From Trueperaceae bacterium (GTDB taxonomy: Bacteria; Deinococcota; Deinococci; Deinococcales; Trueperaceae), in the NCBI GenBank assembly GCA_965214405.1, contig OZ243956.1, positions 1,568,001 through 1,632,000 of the forward strand: a DNA stretch of 64,000 nt, read 5' to 3'. Shown here piece after piece: positions 50,915-59,948 of the stretch. Under the pieces are notes generated by a model. It had not been told where the DNA came from and made no database searches. It saw only the letters and a program-made list of their open reading frames with translations. The translations under genes were made by a program, and so were the position numbers. Every line of letters begins with the position of its first letter. The stretch's first letter is position 1.

Positions 50915-52480
50915 TCAAAACTCGCTCTTTCCGAAACGCTCGAGCAGCCCCATCGCCACCCCCGTAATCAGCATGAGCAAGACCGACAGCGCCAGAGCCG
51001 CGCCGTAGTTGGCCGCGCCGGGTCGGCCCAGGCGGTCAAAGATGGCGACGGGCAGCGTGGCGTATTCGGGGCGGGTGATGACGAGCGTCGCGCCAAACTC
51101 GCCCATCGACACCGCAAAGGCGAACGCGGCGGCGGCGACAAGCGCGGGGGCGAGGAGGGGCAGTTCGACGCGGGCGAGGACGCGCAGGGGGCTCGAGCCG
51201 AGCACCCGCGCGGCGTCGGGCAGACTTACGGGCAGCCCCCGCAGCGCGGGCAGGAGGCTCCGCGCCACAAAGGGAAAGGCGATGAGGGAGTGGGCGAGCG
51301 TGAGGCCCCAGGGACTCGTTGCGAGCCGCGGAAACACGAGCAGGTAGCCGAAGCCCAGGGTTACGGCGCTCGTCGCCAGCGGCAGCAGGCTTAAGTTATC
51401 GAGCCAGCGCAGACCGCCGCGCACCACCGCGTACGCAAAGGCGAGGCCGACGGTGAGGGAAAGGAGGGTGCTCGAGACCGCAAACCGCAGCGAATTAAAC
51501 ACCGCGCGACCCGCCCCCGCGAAGCCGGTAGACAAGGACGCCTCGCGGAGCCCTAAGAAGTTGTTCAAAGAAAACCCGTCGGACGTCCAAAAGGCTTGCA
51601 CCGTGAGCGCCACGAGCGGCGAGAGGATGAGCAGCGCCGCCAGCGCCATGTTGAGCGCCAGCGCGAGGCGGGCGGCACCTTTGGCCCTGGGAAGGCGGCT
51701 GGGCGCGCCCAGCGGCACCGCGAGCCGCGCTTGCAAACGGGTATAGAGACCCGTAAAAAGCCCGACGACCAAGAGCTGCGTCAGCACGAGCACGGCGGCG
51801 GTGTCAAGTTGCAAGAGCCTCAACGTGAGGCGGTAGACCTCGACCTCGAGGGTTGCAAAGCGCGGCTGGGGCGCGAGAATAACAATCACGCCAAACGAGG
51901 TGAAAGAAAACACGAACACGAGCGTGGCGGCGGCCAGCACGGCGGGCGCGGACAGGGGCAAGGTGACGCGCAGGAGCGTGCGCCACGGCCCCGCGCCGAG
52001 CATCGCGGCGGCGTCGCGGAGCTTAGGGCCTACGGCCTCTAAGTACGCCCCCACAATCCGCACCACCACCGCGTAGTTGTAAAACACGTGCGCCGCTAAG
52101 ATGATCCAAAGCGTGCCCCGCAGGTTGACAAAACCGCGCGGCCCCGCGAGCGCCAGAAAGCCGATGGCGGCGACTACCGTGGGCATCACAAAAGGGATGG
52201 TGAACGCGACCCGCAGGAGGCGCTTGCCGCGAAAGGCGTAGCGCGAAAAGAGCACCGCGTTGGGCAGCGCCAAACCCACGGTGAGCACGGTTGAAAGGAG
52301 CGCCTGCAGGGTGGTGAACCACACGCGCTCCCGGTAGTAGGGGTTGGTAAAAACCTCCCCAAAAACTCCCGGGCTCGAGACGCTCCGCGCCAAAATCACC
52401 CCGAGCGGGAGGAACAAAAACGTGCCCAAAAAGAGTGCGGCGACGGCTCCGGCCAGCCAGGTGAGGGGGGAACGCTGCAC
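50915..52480 (-). CDS. ABC transporter permease (ThiP/FbpB-like, duplicated TM domain)
   Basis: QALLST, PFVMPTVV, AHVFYN, two EAA-like loops, SMGEFGAT. Confidence 0.9.
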   Translation of the reverse strand: MQRSPLTWLAGAVAALFLGTFLFLPLGVILARSVSSPGVFGEVFTNPYYRERVWFTTLQALLSTVLTVGLALPNAVLFSRYAFRGKRLLRVAFTIPFVMPTVVAAIGFLALAGPRGFVNLRGTLWIILAAHVFYNYAVVVRIVGAYLEAVGPKLRDAAAMLGAGPWRTLLRVTLPLSAPAVLAAATLVFVFSFTSFGVIVILAPQPRFATLEVEVYRLTLRLLQLDTAAVLVLTQLLVVGLFTGLYTRLQARLAVPLGAPSRLPRAKGAARLALALNMALAALLILSPLVALTVQAFWTSDGFSLNNFLGLREASLSTGFAGAGRAVFNSLRFAVSSTLLSLTVGLAFAYAVVRGGLRWLDNLSLLPLATSAVTLGFGYLLVFPRLATSPWGLTLAHSLIAFPFVARSLLPALRGLPVSLPDAARVLGSSPLRVLARVELPLLAPALVAAAAFAFAVSMGEFGATLVITRPEYATLPVAIFDRLGRPGAANYGAALALSVLLMLITGVAMGLLERFGKSEF

Positions 52481-52556
52481 GCTCTAGTTTATAGGACTCG
52501 GTTTACAAGATGGTGTCAGGGCTTGTGCGCTCGAGACCTCTTCCGCTTTCAACTCC

Positions 52557-53246
52557 CTAAGCGCCGTTCAACCCCACAGGCTCCAAAACGAGCACCCGCG
52601 TCCTTTCGGGCAGGTCGGCGGGCGTCAGCTCCACCTCAGGCGACCCCGCGACTTCGACGTCGTCATCCTCAAAGAGTGAAAGAAACGCGCCTATGGAGAG
52701 CAGGTTGTCGAGTTTGTAAAGAGGCGTGTCGAAGTGCATCGGCACGACGAGTTTGGGTTTGAGTTCATCAACCGCGGCTTTGAGCGCGTCCAAGGGAATC
52801 GTCGGATGGCCCCCCGCGAGCGCGAGGAGGACGTCTACGCCCCTGAAGAACCCTAGCTGCGCCGCGCTAAGGGACGTGCCTACGTCGCCCATGTGGCCGA
52901 CGCTGAGGTCGCCTAACGTAAAGCGGACCATGCCGTTGGCCTCGGGCTGACCACCGCGGTGGTCGAGGGCTTCCGACGCCTCGACGCCGTGAAACGTCAC
53001 GTCTTGAACCGTGCGGCTTTTGCCGGAACGGGCGAGCTCTAAACTGTTGATAACCACGGGCGAGCCCGGCACCAAGTGCGCGTTGCAGTGAAACGAGTCG
53101 GTCGCTGAGGAGATGACGACGATGTCGGCGGGCTCTAAAACGGGTTTGTAGCCGGAGGTTGCCGGGTCGTAGGGGTCGGTGACGACGCTTGCGCCGCCCT
53201 TTGCCGCGACCCGGAAAGATGCGTGACCGTACCAGGTAAGTTTCAT
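52557..53246 (-). CDS. MBL-fold metallo-hydrolase (lactamase_B_3-like)
   Basis: LTWYGHASF, TDPY, HMGDVG, GG..TI, PMHF. Confidence 0.85.
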   Translation of the reverse strand: MKLTWYGHASFRVAAKGGASVVTDPYDPATSGYKPVLEPADIVVISSATDSFHCNAHLVPGSPVVINSLELARSGKSRTVQDVTFHGVEASEALDHRGGQPEANGMVRFTLGDLSVGHMGDVGTSLSAAQLGFFRGVDVLLALAGGHPTIPLDALKAAVDELKPKLVVPMHFDTPLYKLDNLLSIGAFLSLFEDDDVEVAGSPEVELTPADLPERTRVLVLEPVGLNGA

Positions 53247-53288
53247 CCTCCCAGCATAGCGCGTTCGCGCGTCAGTGATGCTTTACGC

Positions 53289-53352
53289 TCTGTGGCTGAC
53301 TGGTTCTGTGGCTGACTGTTCTGTGGTTGGTGGTTGGAGGCTCTGCGGCTGG
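53289..53352. repeat. Degenerate tandem repeat (TCTGTGGCTGACTG(G)T-like units)
   Basis: tctgtggctgactggt-tctgtggctgactgt-tctgtggttggtggtt...tctgcggctgg. Confidence 0.7.
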
Positions 53353-53403
53353 TAGGACGGGCGTCACGGCTTAGTAAAGCGCGCAGGGTGTGTAATAGAG
53401 GGT

Positions 53404-53712
53404 ATGGACAGCGTGTATTTAGCGAGAATTCGCCGGGGCGTGATGGCGAGAGCGCGGGTGCTGGCGCTCGAGCTTCACTTCGTCGAGCCGCGCAGAGAGA
53501 GCGACCTTTTGCTCATGTCATTGGGAGGGCGCAGACAAGGTGCCCTGAGAATCCCCAACTATCTGCTCGACTGCTTTAAGGAAGTGGACGTAGACTTGGT
53601 CCGCTCCGAAAGCGAGGGAGAAGATTACCGGCTGCTGGTCGCGGTGACGCCGAAGCTGGGGGCGCAGCCCAGCGCCTCCTTTGAGCAGCGCGGCAAGCTC
53701 CGTAAGCGCTAG
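53404..53712 (+). CDS. Hypothetical protein
   Basis: 102-aa ORF with host codon style, followed by a convergent hairpin at about 53740-53767. Confidence 0.6.
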   Translation: MDSVYLARIRRGVMARARVLALELHFVEPRRESDLLLMSLGGRRQGALRIPNYLLDCFKEVDVDLVRSESEGEDYRLLVAVTPKLGAQPSASFEQRGKLRKR

Positions 53713-53784
53713 ATTCAAGGATTGGATTCAAAAACAAAAAAACGCCTCCGGGGAACCGAAGGCGTGTCCAAAAAACTTCGCGTT

Positions 53785-54291
53785 TTAGAAGTGGTAGTTG
53801 ATCCCAAGCCGCGCGGCGAGGCGCGAGTCAACGTCGAAGCCGATAAAGGGTCCTATCTCAAAAAAGGCACCGCCGGGCTGAAAGCCAATGTTGGTAAAGC
53901 GGTATTCCGCGCCCGCGAGCGCGCTGATGCCGAAGCCGGAGTCGCCCCCAGAGGTGTCCCCGAAAATCAGCGTCGGACCGGCGGCCGCGTAAACGTCGAG
54001 CGGCAAAGCCGTATCAACAGCAAAGTCGAAAATGGCGTTCGCACCGAGCGCAACCTGATTGTTAGAAAAAGAAGCGTTAAAGCGCGTGTCGATGGCGTTA
54101 CCCAGAAGGTCGTTGATGCCGAAATGCACCGACCCACCAAGGGGAGAGCCCAGTGAAATACCGATCCAGTAGCTGTCGATCACGGGATCGGTCAGGTCAC
54201 CCGCGACCGTGACGGTCTGGTCGGTCTGGGCGAAAGTGGTGCCCGTGCTCAACAGAAGAGCGGCGAGCATTAATAAGGATAATCTACGCAT
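53785..54291 (-). CDS. Small outer-membrane beta-barrel-like protein
   Basis: Signal peptide, alternating amphipathic strands, C-terminal GINYHF; GGAGGG RBS. Confidence 0.72.
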   Translation of the reverse strand: MRRLSLLMLAALLLSTGTTFAQTDQTVTVAGDLTDPVIDSYWIGISLGSPLGGSVHFGINDLLGNAIDTRFNASFSNNQVALGANAIFDFAVDTALPLDVYAAAGPTLIFGDTSGGDSGFGISALAGAEYRFTNIGFQPGGAFFEIGPFIGFDVDSRLAARLGINYHF

Positions 54292-54451
54292 GTTTTTCCC
54301 CTCCAAAAAAAACTATGAGAGTGTTGGCGGCTCTCACGATGTGGCCTTTATATCACGCACATCTCTCGCTAACAAGTGCATCCGGCTACAGCTTTGTGAT
54401 TTCGTTTCACAATGGGTGAGGCTGTAGGAGCGTATGAGCAGGAATTGTGCC

Positions 54452-54799
54452 TCACGAGCGGCTGCGCTCTCCGTAACGCCGCGCCGCGTCGCGCGGTTTT
54501 GGCGTGGCCTGGTTGCAGGGCGGCAGGTCGCCGTGGCGGGCGCGGTAGCGCGCGATCAGGTCGGCCTCGGCAGCTTGGGGGACGCGGCTGTAGGCGTAGC
54601 GCCAGTAGAGGGCGCGGTTTGCAACGCAAGCGTTCTTGGTGAGGTGCTGCCGGATGCGGTTGGGTACGTCTCGAGCGGACTGACCGATATAGAGAACTCG
54701 TTTGTCGGCGTCGGCCAACTCGTAAACGCCCGGCATGGCGTCGCGCCCGCGCGGGTGGGGTAGGGTCTCGAGCGCGCGCCAGCGCGCGGCAATGGGCAC
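54452..54799 (-). CDS. Small GIY-YIG-like nuclease-fold protein
   Basis: GVYEL...VLYIGQS...RIRQH...E..LI...PPCN. Confidence 0.65.
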   Translation of the reverse strand: MPIAARWRALETLPHPRGRDAMPGVYELADADKRVLYIGQSARDVPNRIRQHLTKNACVANRALYWRYAYSRVPQAAEADLIARYRARHGDLPPCNQATPKPRDAARRYGERSRS

Positions 54800-54808
54800 G
54801 GCGCGCCC

Positions 54809-55714
54809 CTACTCGTAACCGAGTTCGCGCAAAGACTCTACGTCCTCGCGCCAGTCGCGGTGGATGGCGACCTCAAGGTCTAAATAAATGCGGTCGCCCA
54901 AGAAAATTTCCAACTGCTTACGCGCCGTCCGGCCGATTTCCCGAATCATCTTGCCCCCCTTGCCAAGCACGATCATACGGTGATTGGGCCGCTCCACCCA
55001 GATTTCCGCGCCGATATAGAGCGCGTCTCCCTCCTTTTCGGGCTCGCGCCACTCCAAGACCTGCACCGCCACGGCGTAGGGCAGTTCTTGACGGAGGTGG
55101 ATCATCGCGCTCTCGCGGATGAGTTCGCCCGCCCACGCCTCGCGCGACTGGTCGCTGCGGATGTCCGGCGGGAAGTAAAAGGGGCCTTCACCCAACCGCT
55201 CAAAAAGCTCGTCGCGCAGCCTGTAGACCGCGTTGGGGTCGTCGAGGGCGCTCAACATGCGTACTTCGGTCACGCCTGGCAGCAGGTCGCGGTAGAGCGA
55301 GAGCGCCTCGTCCGGGTACTTGGCGACGTCTACTTTATTCCCAATAAGGTAAACGGGCGTCCGCGGGTCGATGCCGCCCACAAGGCGCGCCACGTCCTTG
55401 TCTTCGTCCCCGGGAGGACGGCGCAGGTCGACAACCCAGAGGGCGACGTCCACATCAACGAGCGCGCCCGTCACCTCGCGGTTCATGTACTGCCCCAGCG
55501 CGTCTTTGGCGCGGTGAAAACCGGGCGTATCGACAAAAACGAGCTGCTTGTCGTCTTGCGTATAGACGCCGCGCACCCCGCGGCGCGTGGTCTGCGGCTT
55601 CGGCGTGATGGGCGCGACTTTCACGCCCAGAAGCGTATTCAGGAGCGTTGACTTGCCGACGTTGGGTCGGCCTACGATAGCCACGAAACCCGAACGGGTT
55701 GTGTGTTGGTCCAT
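54809..55714 (-). CDS. era: GTPase Era
   Basis: [29 protein letters not shown] domain GKGG.MIREIG. Confidence 0.96.
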   Translation of the reverse strand: MDQHTTRSGFVAIVGRPNVGKSTLLNTLLGVKVAPITPKPQTTRRGVRGVYTQDDKQLVFVDTPGFHRAKDALGQYMNREVTGALVDVDVALWVVDLRRPPGDEDKDVARLVGGIDPRTPVYLIGNKVDVAKYPDEALSLYRDLLPGVTEVRMLSALDDPNAVYRLRDELFERLGEGPFYFPPDIRSDQSREAWAGELIRESAMIHLRQELPYAVAVQVLEWREPEKEGDALYIGAEIWVERPNHRMIVLGKGGKMIREIGRTARKQLEIFLGDRIYLDLEVAIHRDWREDVESLRELGYE

Positions 55715-55724
55715 GTTTCCGCCT

Positions 55725-55916
55725 TTTCGGCTCGAGCCTCGGCCGCTGTGTCCGTCACCTTTCGGCCACCTTCTAACGATTATGGGCCGCGCCCTCGTCC
55801 TTTACTGGTGGTCCCGTAGCTGCGCCCTTAAATGCCGCTGGAGCGCTCTGCCGTGGTGACGCCTTACAGCTCCACTGTAACAAGTATAGGGGTAGCTTTT
55901 CGTGCTCGAGCCGAAA
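55725..55916. ncRNA. Candidate structured RNA (long interrupted hairpin) upstream of era
   Basis: Nested pairings 55725-37/55904-16, 55745-49/55866-70, 55753-59/55855-61, 55763-66/55850-53, 55784-87/55824-27. Confidence 0.35.
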
Positions 55917-55947
55917 GAGCGCCAAGAGGTTGGCTTCAACCAAAAAT

Positions 55948-56841
55948 TCAGGGCGTCCCTGCGCGCTGCTCTTGTCTACCGTACGCCGCCGCGTAGGCGG
56001 GAGTAACCGTCCGGGGGTCGGGGAGGGCGCAAGGAGCGCTTCTTGAAACCTCCCCAGCCACTTCTACAGCCAGATAACCCGCGTGCGGGGTGTAACCCAC
56101 CGAGAAGAGGTCCGCGCCGCACCGGGCGCTGTAGGCGCGCGCCCACGCCTCCGCGTAGCCTTCAGCGGGCTCGCAATAGTATTCACCGTAGGCGCAGCCC
56201 TCGTCGGCGAAGGCGTTATGGCTCAAGCCCAGCATGAGCCAGTCCACGCAGTGCCCCACCTCGTGCAGGGTGATGTCGGCCAGCACGCGCGGGTCATGGC
56301 GCGTGAGCCAGGTGTCGATATAGATGTGGCAGGTCTGCGTGCGCGCCTCGAGCCGCGCGTAGCCCAACGCGGGAAACCCGCGCAGATCGACCAAATGGTA
56401 CTGAAGGCGCATCCCCGCAACTTCAGCCTCCCACACCTCGCCGTGAAGCGCCCCTAGCGCCTCTACCCGCGAAGGTCGAGGTTCACCGGCAAACGCCCGG
56501 AAAACGCCGCCGAACAGCACGATCAGCACGAAGAGGAGCGCCAAGCGGAGAAGCGGCGGCCTCACCGCTGCGCCTTCGTTCGCGCCGCTATCGCCCTCGC
56601 CAGACCCGACGTCGGCACCGAAAAGGTCTCCCGCGTCGTTTTTGTGGCGCAAGATGGCCCCGATCATCAGCGCGGTCGCGTAGTGGAATTGGGGCAGCCC
56701 CAAGCAAAAGGAAAGGACGAAAAGACCACCCACCACGAGCCCCCACATCACGTTCCGCTGCCCCGTCTTTTGCACAAGGGTCTCTTGCACGGTAGTCTCT
56801 TGTCCAGGGGTTTCTTGCACAGCTCGCATCACAGGCCGCAT
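55948..56841 (-). CDS. Membrane protein with a C-terminal zincin-like (HExxH) domain
   Basis: TM segments; LHEVGHCVD...EGYAEAW. Confidence 0.65.
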   Translation of the reverse strand: MRPVMRAVQETPGQETTVQETLVQKTGQRNVMWGLVVGGLFVLSFCLGLPQFHYATALMIGAILRHKNDAGDLFGADVGSGEGDSGANEGAAVRPPLLRLALLFVLIVLFGGVFRAFAGEPRPSRVEALGALHGEVWEAEVAGMRLQYHLVDLRGFPALGYARLEARTQTCHIYIDTWLTRHDPRVLADITLHEVGHCVDWLMLGLSHNAFADEGCAYGEYYCEPAEGYAEAWARAYSARCGADLFSVGYTPHAGYLAVEVAGEVSRSAPCALPDPRTVTPAYAAAYGRQEQRAGTP

Positions 56842-57225
56842 TCTTCGCCCTTTCCCGCTCGAGTGGTCACGTCACTGCTTACGTCGCCTACAGTTTGCCT
56901 TAAAGCGTAGGTAAAGTATTTCACACGGTGTGAGAAAAACCACAGGATGAGCGTCACATAGTCAGCGTAGGACGCGGGGCGTTCCGAGCGCGTTCCGCCA
57001 GAAACCGTGTGGCGTAGAGCTAGAGCAAGTGGGGGTCGGCTCGAGCGGGATTCAACGCTCGTCACGTCTGCGAAGGGATACTTTTTAATGGTCTTTGGCG
57101 GTTACAAAAGTTTTTTAGGTTCGACACCGTTGAGGCGTGAGCGTTGAGGCGCGACAGGACAAAGACCCACCGCGCCTCTTGCTCATCGCGCCGGGGTTCG
57201 CCACGCGACTGCCCCTCGGGCCGTA

Positions 57226-57438
57226 CTAGCCGCCGCGGACGACGCCGCGGACGACGGCCTCACCAAAAAGAGCGAGACCGGTATTGGTCACGACCAGCGC
57301 CACCGTCCCCCACACCACCCAAACAAGGGTTGACGCGCCCTTGATCTTGACTTCTATGGCGTGGCCCAAAAAACTGAGCCCCATACCGACGAGCAGCAAT
57401 CCTAATGCAGCGAGTGTGAACATACCCAACCTCCCCAA
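57226..57438 (-). CDS. Small hypothetical membrane protein (2 TM)
   Basis: GLLLVGMGLSFLG.A..K...W.VWGTVALVV.N.GL..FGEAV. Confidence 0.6.
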   Translation of the reverse strand: MGRLGMFTLAALGLLLVGMGLSFLGHAIEVKIKGASTLVWVVWGTVALVVTNTGLALFGEAVVRGVVRGG

Positions 57439-57672
57439 CCGTGACGGTTATACGGTTCAACTTTGCACAGTTCAAGATACAGTCCAAAATACCGCCCCAG
57501 CCGTTTTCACAAAGCGGCAGAAAGAAATGTTTCAGGAGGCGTGAGAATCTACCCCGGCTTCCTTTATGTCAAGACTTGGAGACTACACCCCTAAACCATC
57601 TAGCTGAACCAGGGCTGACATGAGTAGGACAGGATAAAAGCGAACAGTTTGTAGCAATAAATCAGCCTGATT

Positions 57673-58560
57673 TCAGATTTCGTATTCCTTAACTATATTT
57701 ATAAACCGTCCCCGCACCGGATTCGGGTCAAATGTTCGCCAATAACAAGACAGCCCAATGCTGTCAGTGGGTCGTATAGGCAGATAAGTTACTCCGGGGT
57801 GCGGCATGGTCTGCCAAGATTCCTGTACGAGGTGTACCCCGAACCCCGACGCGACAAGTCCCAAACGCATTTGGACGGAACTTGCCTGCTGAACAATATT
57901 AGGTGAATAACCGACCTTCTGACAAAGAGAAATGATGCGGTCATAGACGTCTGCCCCGTCGTCTCTGGGGAACATAACCCACGGCTCATCGGCCAGGTCG
58001 ATCAGGTCAACGTGCTCACGGCTTGCGAGCGGGTGCCGCTTAGGAAGAACGATCCAGAAAGGTTCCTCCTCCAAATTCAGACATGTGTACGCCGCTGCGT
58101 TCGGAACAGGGGGGTGAGCGAACACGACGTCGGTGAGCCGCTCACTTAGCGCGTTCACCTCGCGGTTGGCTCTCAGCTCGAGCACGCTGAGGGTAACGTC
58201 AGGAAGCTCTACACGAAACCGTTTAAGAATCGTAGGTAAGACGCCCAGCATCGCCGAATGCACCAGGCTTATGGTTAGCCGCCCGCGCTTACCCTCGGCG
58301 CTTTGCCGCACGCGTTGCTTGGCGAGCTCGGCATTTTTCAAGAGTGACTTCGCCTCATCCAGAAAAAGCTCACCGGCCTCCGTCAGCCGGACGTTTCGCT
58401 TGTTTCGGTAGAAAAGGCGGACCCCAAGCTCTTCCTCGAGTTGCTGAATAAGGCGGCTGACGTGGGGCTGCGTTACCCCGAGAGCTTTGGCGGCATACCC
58501 GAAGTGCAGGTAAGTGGCGAGCGTTACAAAGGTATTGAGGTGCTTAAAGTCCACCTTCAA
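57673..58560 (-). CDS. LysR-family transcriptional regulator
   Basis: HF..AA..L.VTQP.VSR.I..LEEELGV.LF.R..R.V.LTEAG. Confidence 0.95.
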   Translation of the reverse strand: MKVDFKHLNTFVTLATYLHFGYAAKALGVTQPHVSRLIQQLEEELGVRLFYRNKRNVRLTEAGELFLDEAKSLLKNAELAKQRVRQSAEGKRGRLTISLVHSAMLGVLPTILKRFRVELPDVTLSVLELRANREVNALSERLTDVVFAHPPVPNAAAYTCLNLEEEPFWIVLPKRHPLASREHVDLIDLADEPWVMFPRDDGADVYDRIISLCQKVGYSPNIVQQASSVQMRLGLVASGFGVHLVQESWQTMPHPGVTYLPIRPTDSIGLSCYWRTFDPNPVRGRFINIVKEYEI

Positions 58561-58561
58561 A

Positions 58562-58580
58562 TAATACCAAATACGTATTA
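58562..58580. promoter_or_regulatory. LysR recognition box (ATAC-N7-GTAT)
   Basis: TAATAC-CAAATAC-GTATTA at the divergent lysR/operon promoter; T-N11-A consensus. Confidence 0.7.
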
Positions 58581-58729
58581 ATCAATATAAAAAAGGAACG
58601 ATTTGGTCTTATATGATCTAACCACAACAAATCTTGGATGGTTAAAGGATGGAACGGGATGCGCGAACAAACTGTTTGCAGTTTATGGATATGTAAGATT
58701 GCCCTCACTTTTACGGGCGGGTTTACGGC

Positions 58730-59809
58730 GTGCCGCTAGAGCTTGGCAGCGTGGCCGCTAGGCGACAACGTGGCGCGGGCAATCCTCTTGGCGTTGGCAT
58801 CATAGGCGTCGGTTACCCCGGCGAACGTCACGCCGAAGGGTGTTTAGAGAGCGGGCTCACAAGGCTGATTGCCGCAAGCGACCTTGACGAAACGAAGCTG
58901 GCGGCTTTCTCTTCAGCTTATGGCGCTGAGCGCAGTTACGAGGACTATAGGCGTCTCTTAGCTAACGCCGACGTCGACATAGTCATCGTCGCCCTGCCGA
59001 CATTTTTGCATCAGCCCGTTACATTGGCCGCGCTCAAAGCGGGCAAGCACGTGCTTTGCGAGAAACCGCCTGCTCGCTCCGCCGCCGAGGTAGAGGGCAT
59101 GGAGCGAGCCGCTGAGGCGTCAGGGAAAGTTCTGGGGTACGCTTTGCAGCGGCGTTTCGGCGCGACCGCGCAAAAACTCAAAGAGCTACTCGCCAGGGAT
59201 GAACTCGGCGAGGTTTATCACGCTCGAGCCATCTGGCGGCGCACCTGGGGTGTGCCCGCCGGGGTTGGGGGCGCCTCCTGGTTCACCGACCCGGTCAAAG
59301 CGGGCGGCGGCGCGCTCATGGACATTGGTGTTCACGTGCTCGACCTTGCCTGGTTCCTGCTCGGCTTACCTGGCGCGGCGAGCGTGTCGGGGAGAGTTTT
59401 CAACAAGTTCCCGGATGTGACAAAGACCGACGACAGCGCCTTTGCTTTCGTCCGCTTCGAGTCCGGGCAGACCTTGCAGCTCGAGACAAGTTGGGTGCTG
59501 GCGCAGGCGGAGGATGAGTTCGCCGTGCATCTTTACGGCACAAAAGCGGGGGCTCACTTGACAGAAGAGCGCCTTGACCTGTTCCCGGTGAGCCGCGAAG
59601 GGCGAATGAGGCGTTCGTTCGATGTAGCGGTCAACCCGCCCCTGAGGGTGACAGAACCTTTTGCTTCACAGCTACAAGACTTCGCGCGCGCCGTCTACAC
59701 AGGAGCCGAACCGTGCATGTCAGCCTCTCAAGGTACGCAACTTATGCGGATGATCGCGGCCATTTATGAATCGTCTAAGTTGGGACAGGAGGTGACTTGC
59801 TCGCGCTGA
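58730..59809 (+). CDS. Gfo/Idh/MocA-family oxidoreductase
   Basis: GIIGVG, GKHVLCEKP, GGGALMDIGVH.LD. Confidence 0.92.
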   Translation: MPLELGSVAARRQRGAGNPLGVGIIGVGYPGERHAEGCLESGLTRLIAASDLDETKLAAFSSAYGAERSYEDYRRLLANADVDIVIVALPTFLHQPVTLAALKAGKHVLCEKPPARSAAEVEGMERAAEASGKVLGYALQRRFGATAQKLKELLARDELGEVYHARAIWRRTWGVPAGVGGASWFTDPVKAGGGALMDIGVHVLDLAWFLLGLPGAASVSGRVFNKFPDVTKTDDSAFAFVRFESGQTLQLETSWVLAQAEDEFAVHLYGTKAGAHLTEERLDLFPVSREGRMRRSFDVAVNPPLRVTEPFASQLQDFARAVYTGAEPCMSASQGTQLMRMIAAIYESSKLGQEVTCSR

Positions 59810-59948
59810 AGATGCGGTTAGGCAGTGACAGCTTGAATCAAGCTGCACGTTCCCGAAAGCCTTCTTAAAGGAGAAAATTATGTCGAAAGCTAACCCTTTT
59901 CGTCTTGCGCTTGTTTCCTCAGTCTTACAAGTTTATCTGTTACGTTAA

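Noticed and set aside
54394..54412. Rex/CRP site TTGTGATTTCGTTTCACAA upstream of the OMP gene
   Set aside because: Half-site spacing is one base longer than the Rex/CRP consensus, so it cannot be assigned.
57568..57590. Possible IS end TGTCAAGACTTGGAGACTACA at the edge of the LysR region
   Set aside because: No partner inverted repeat or transposase remnant could be found.
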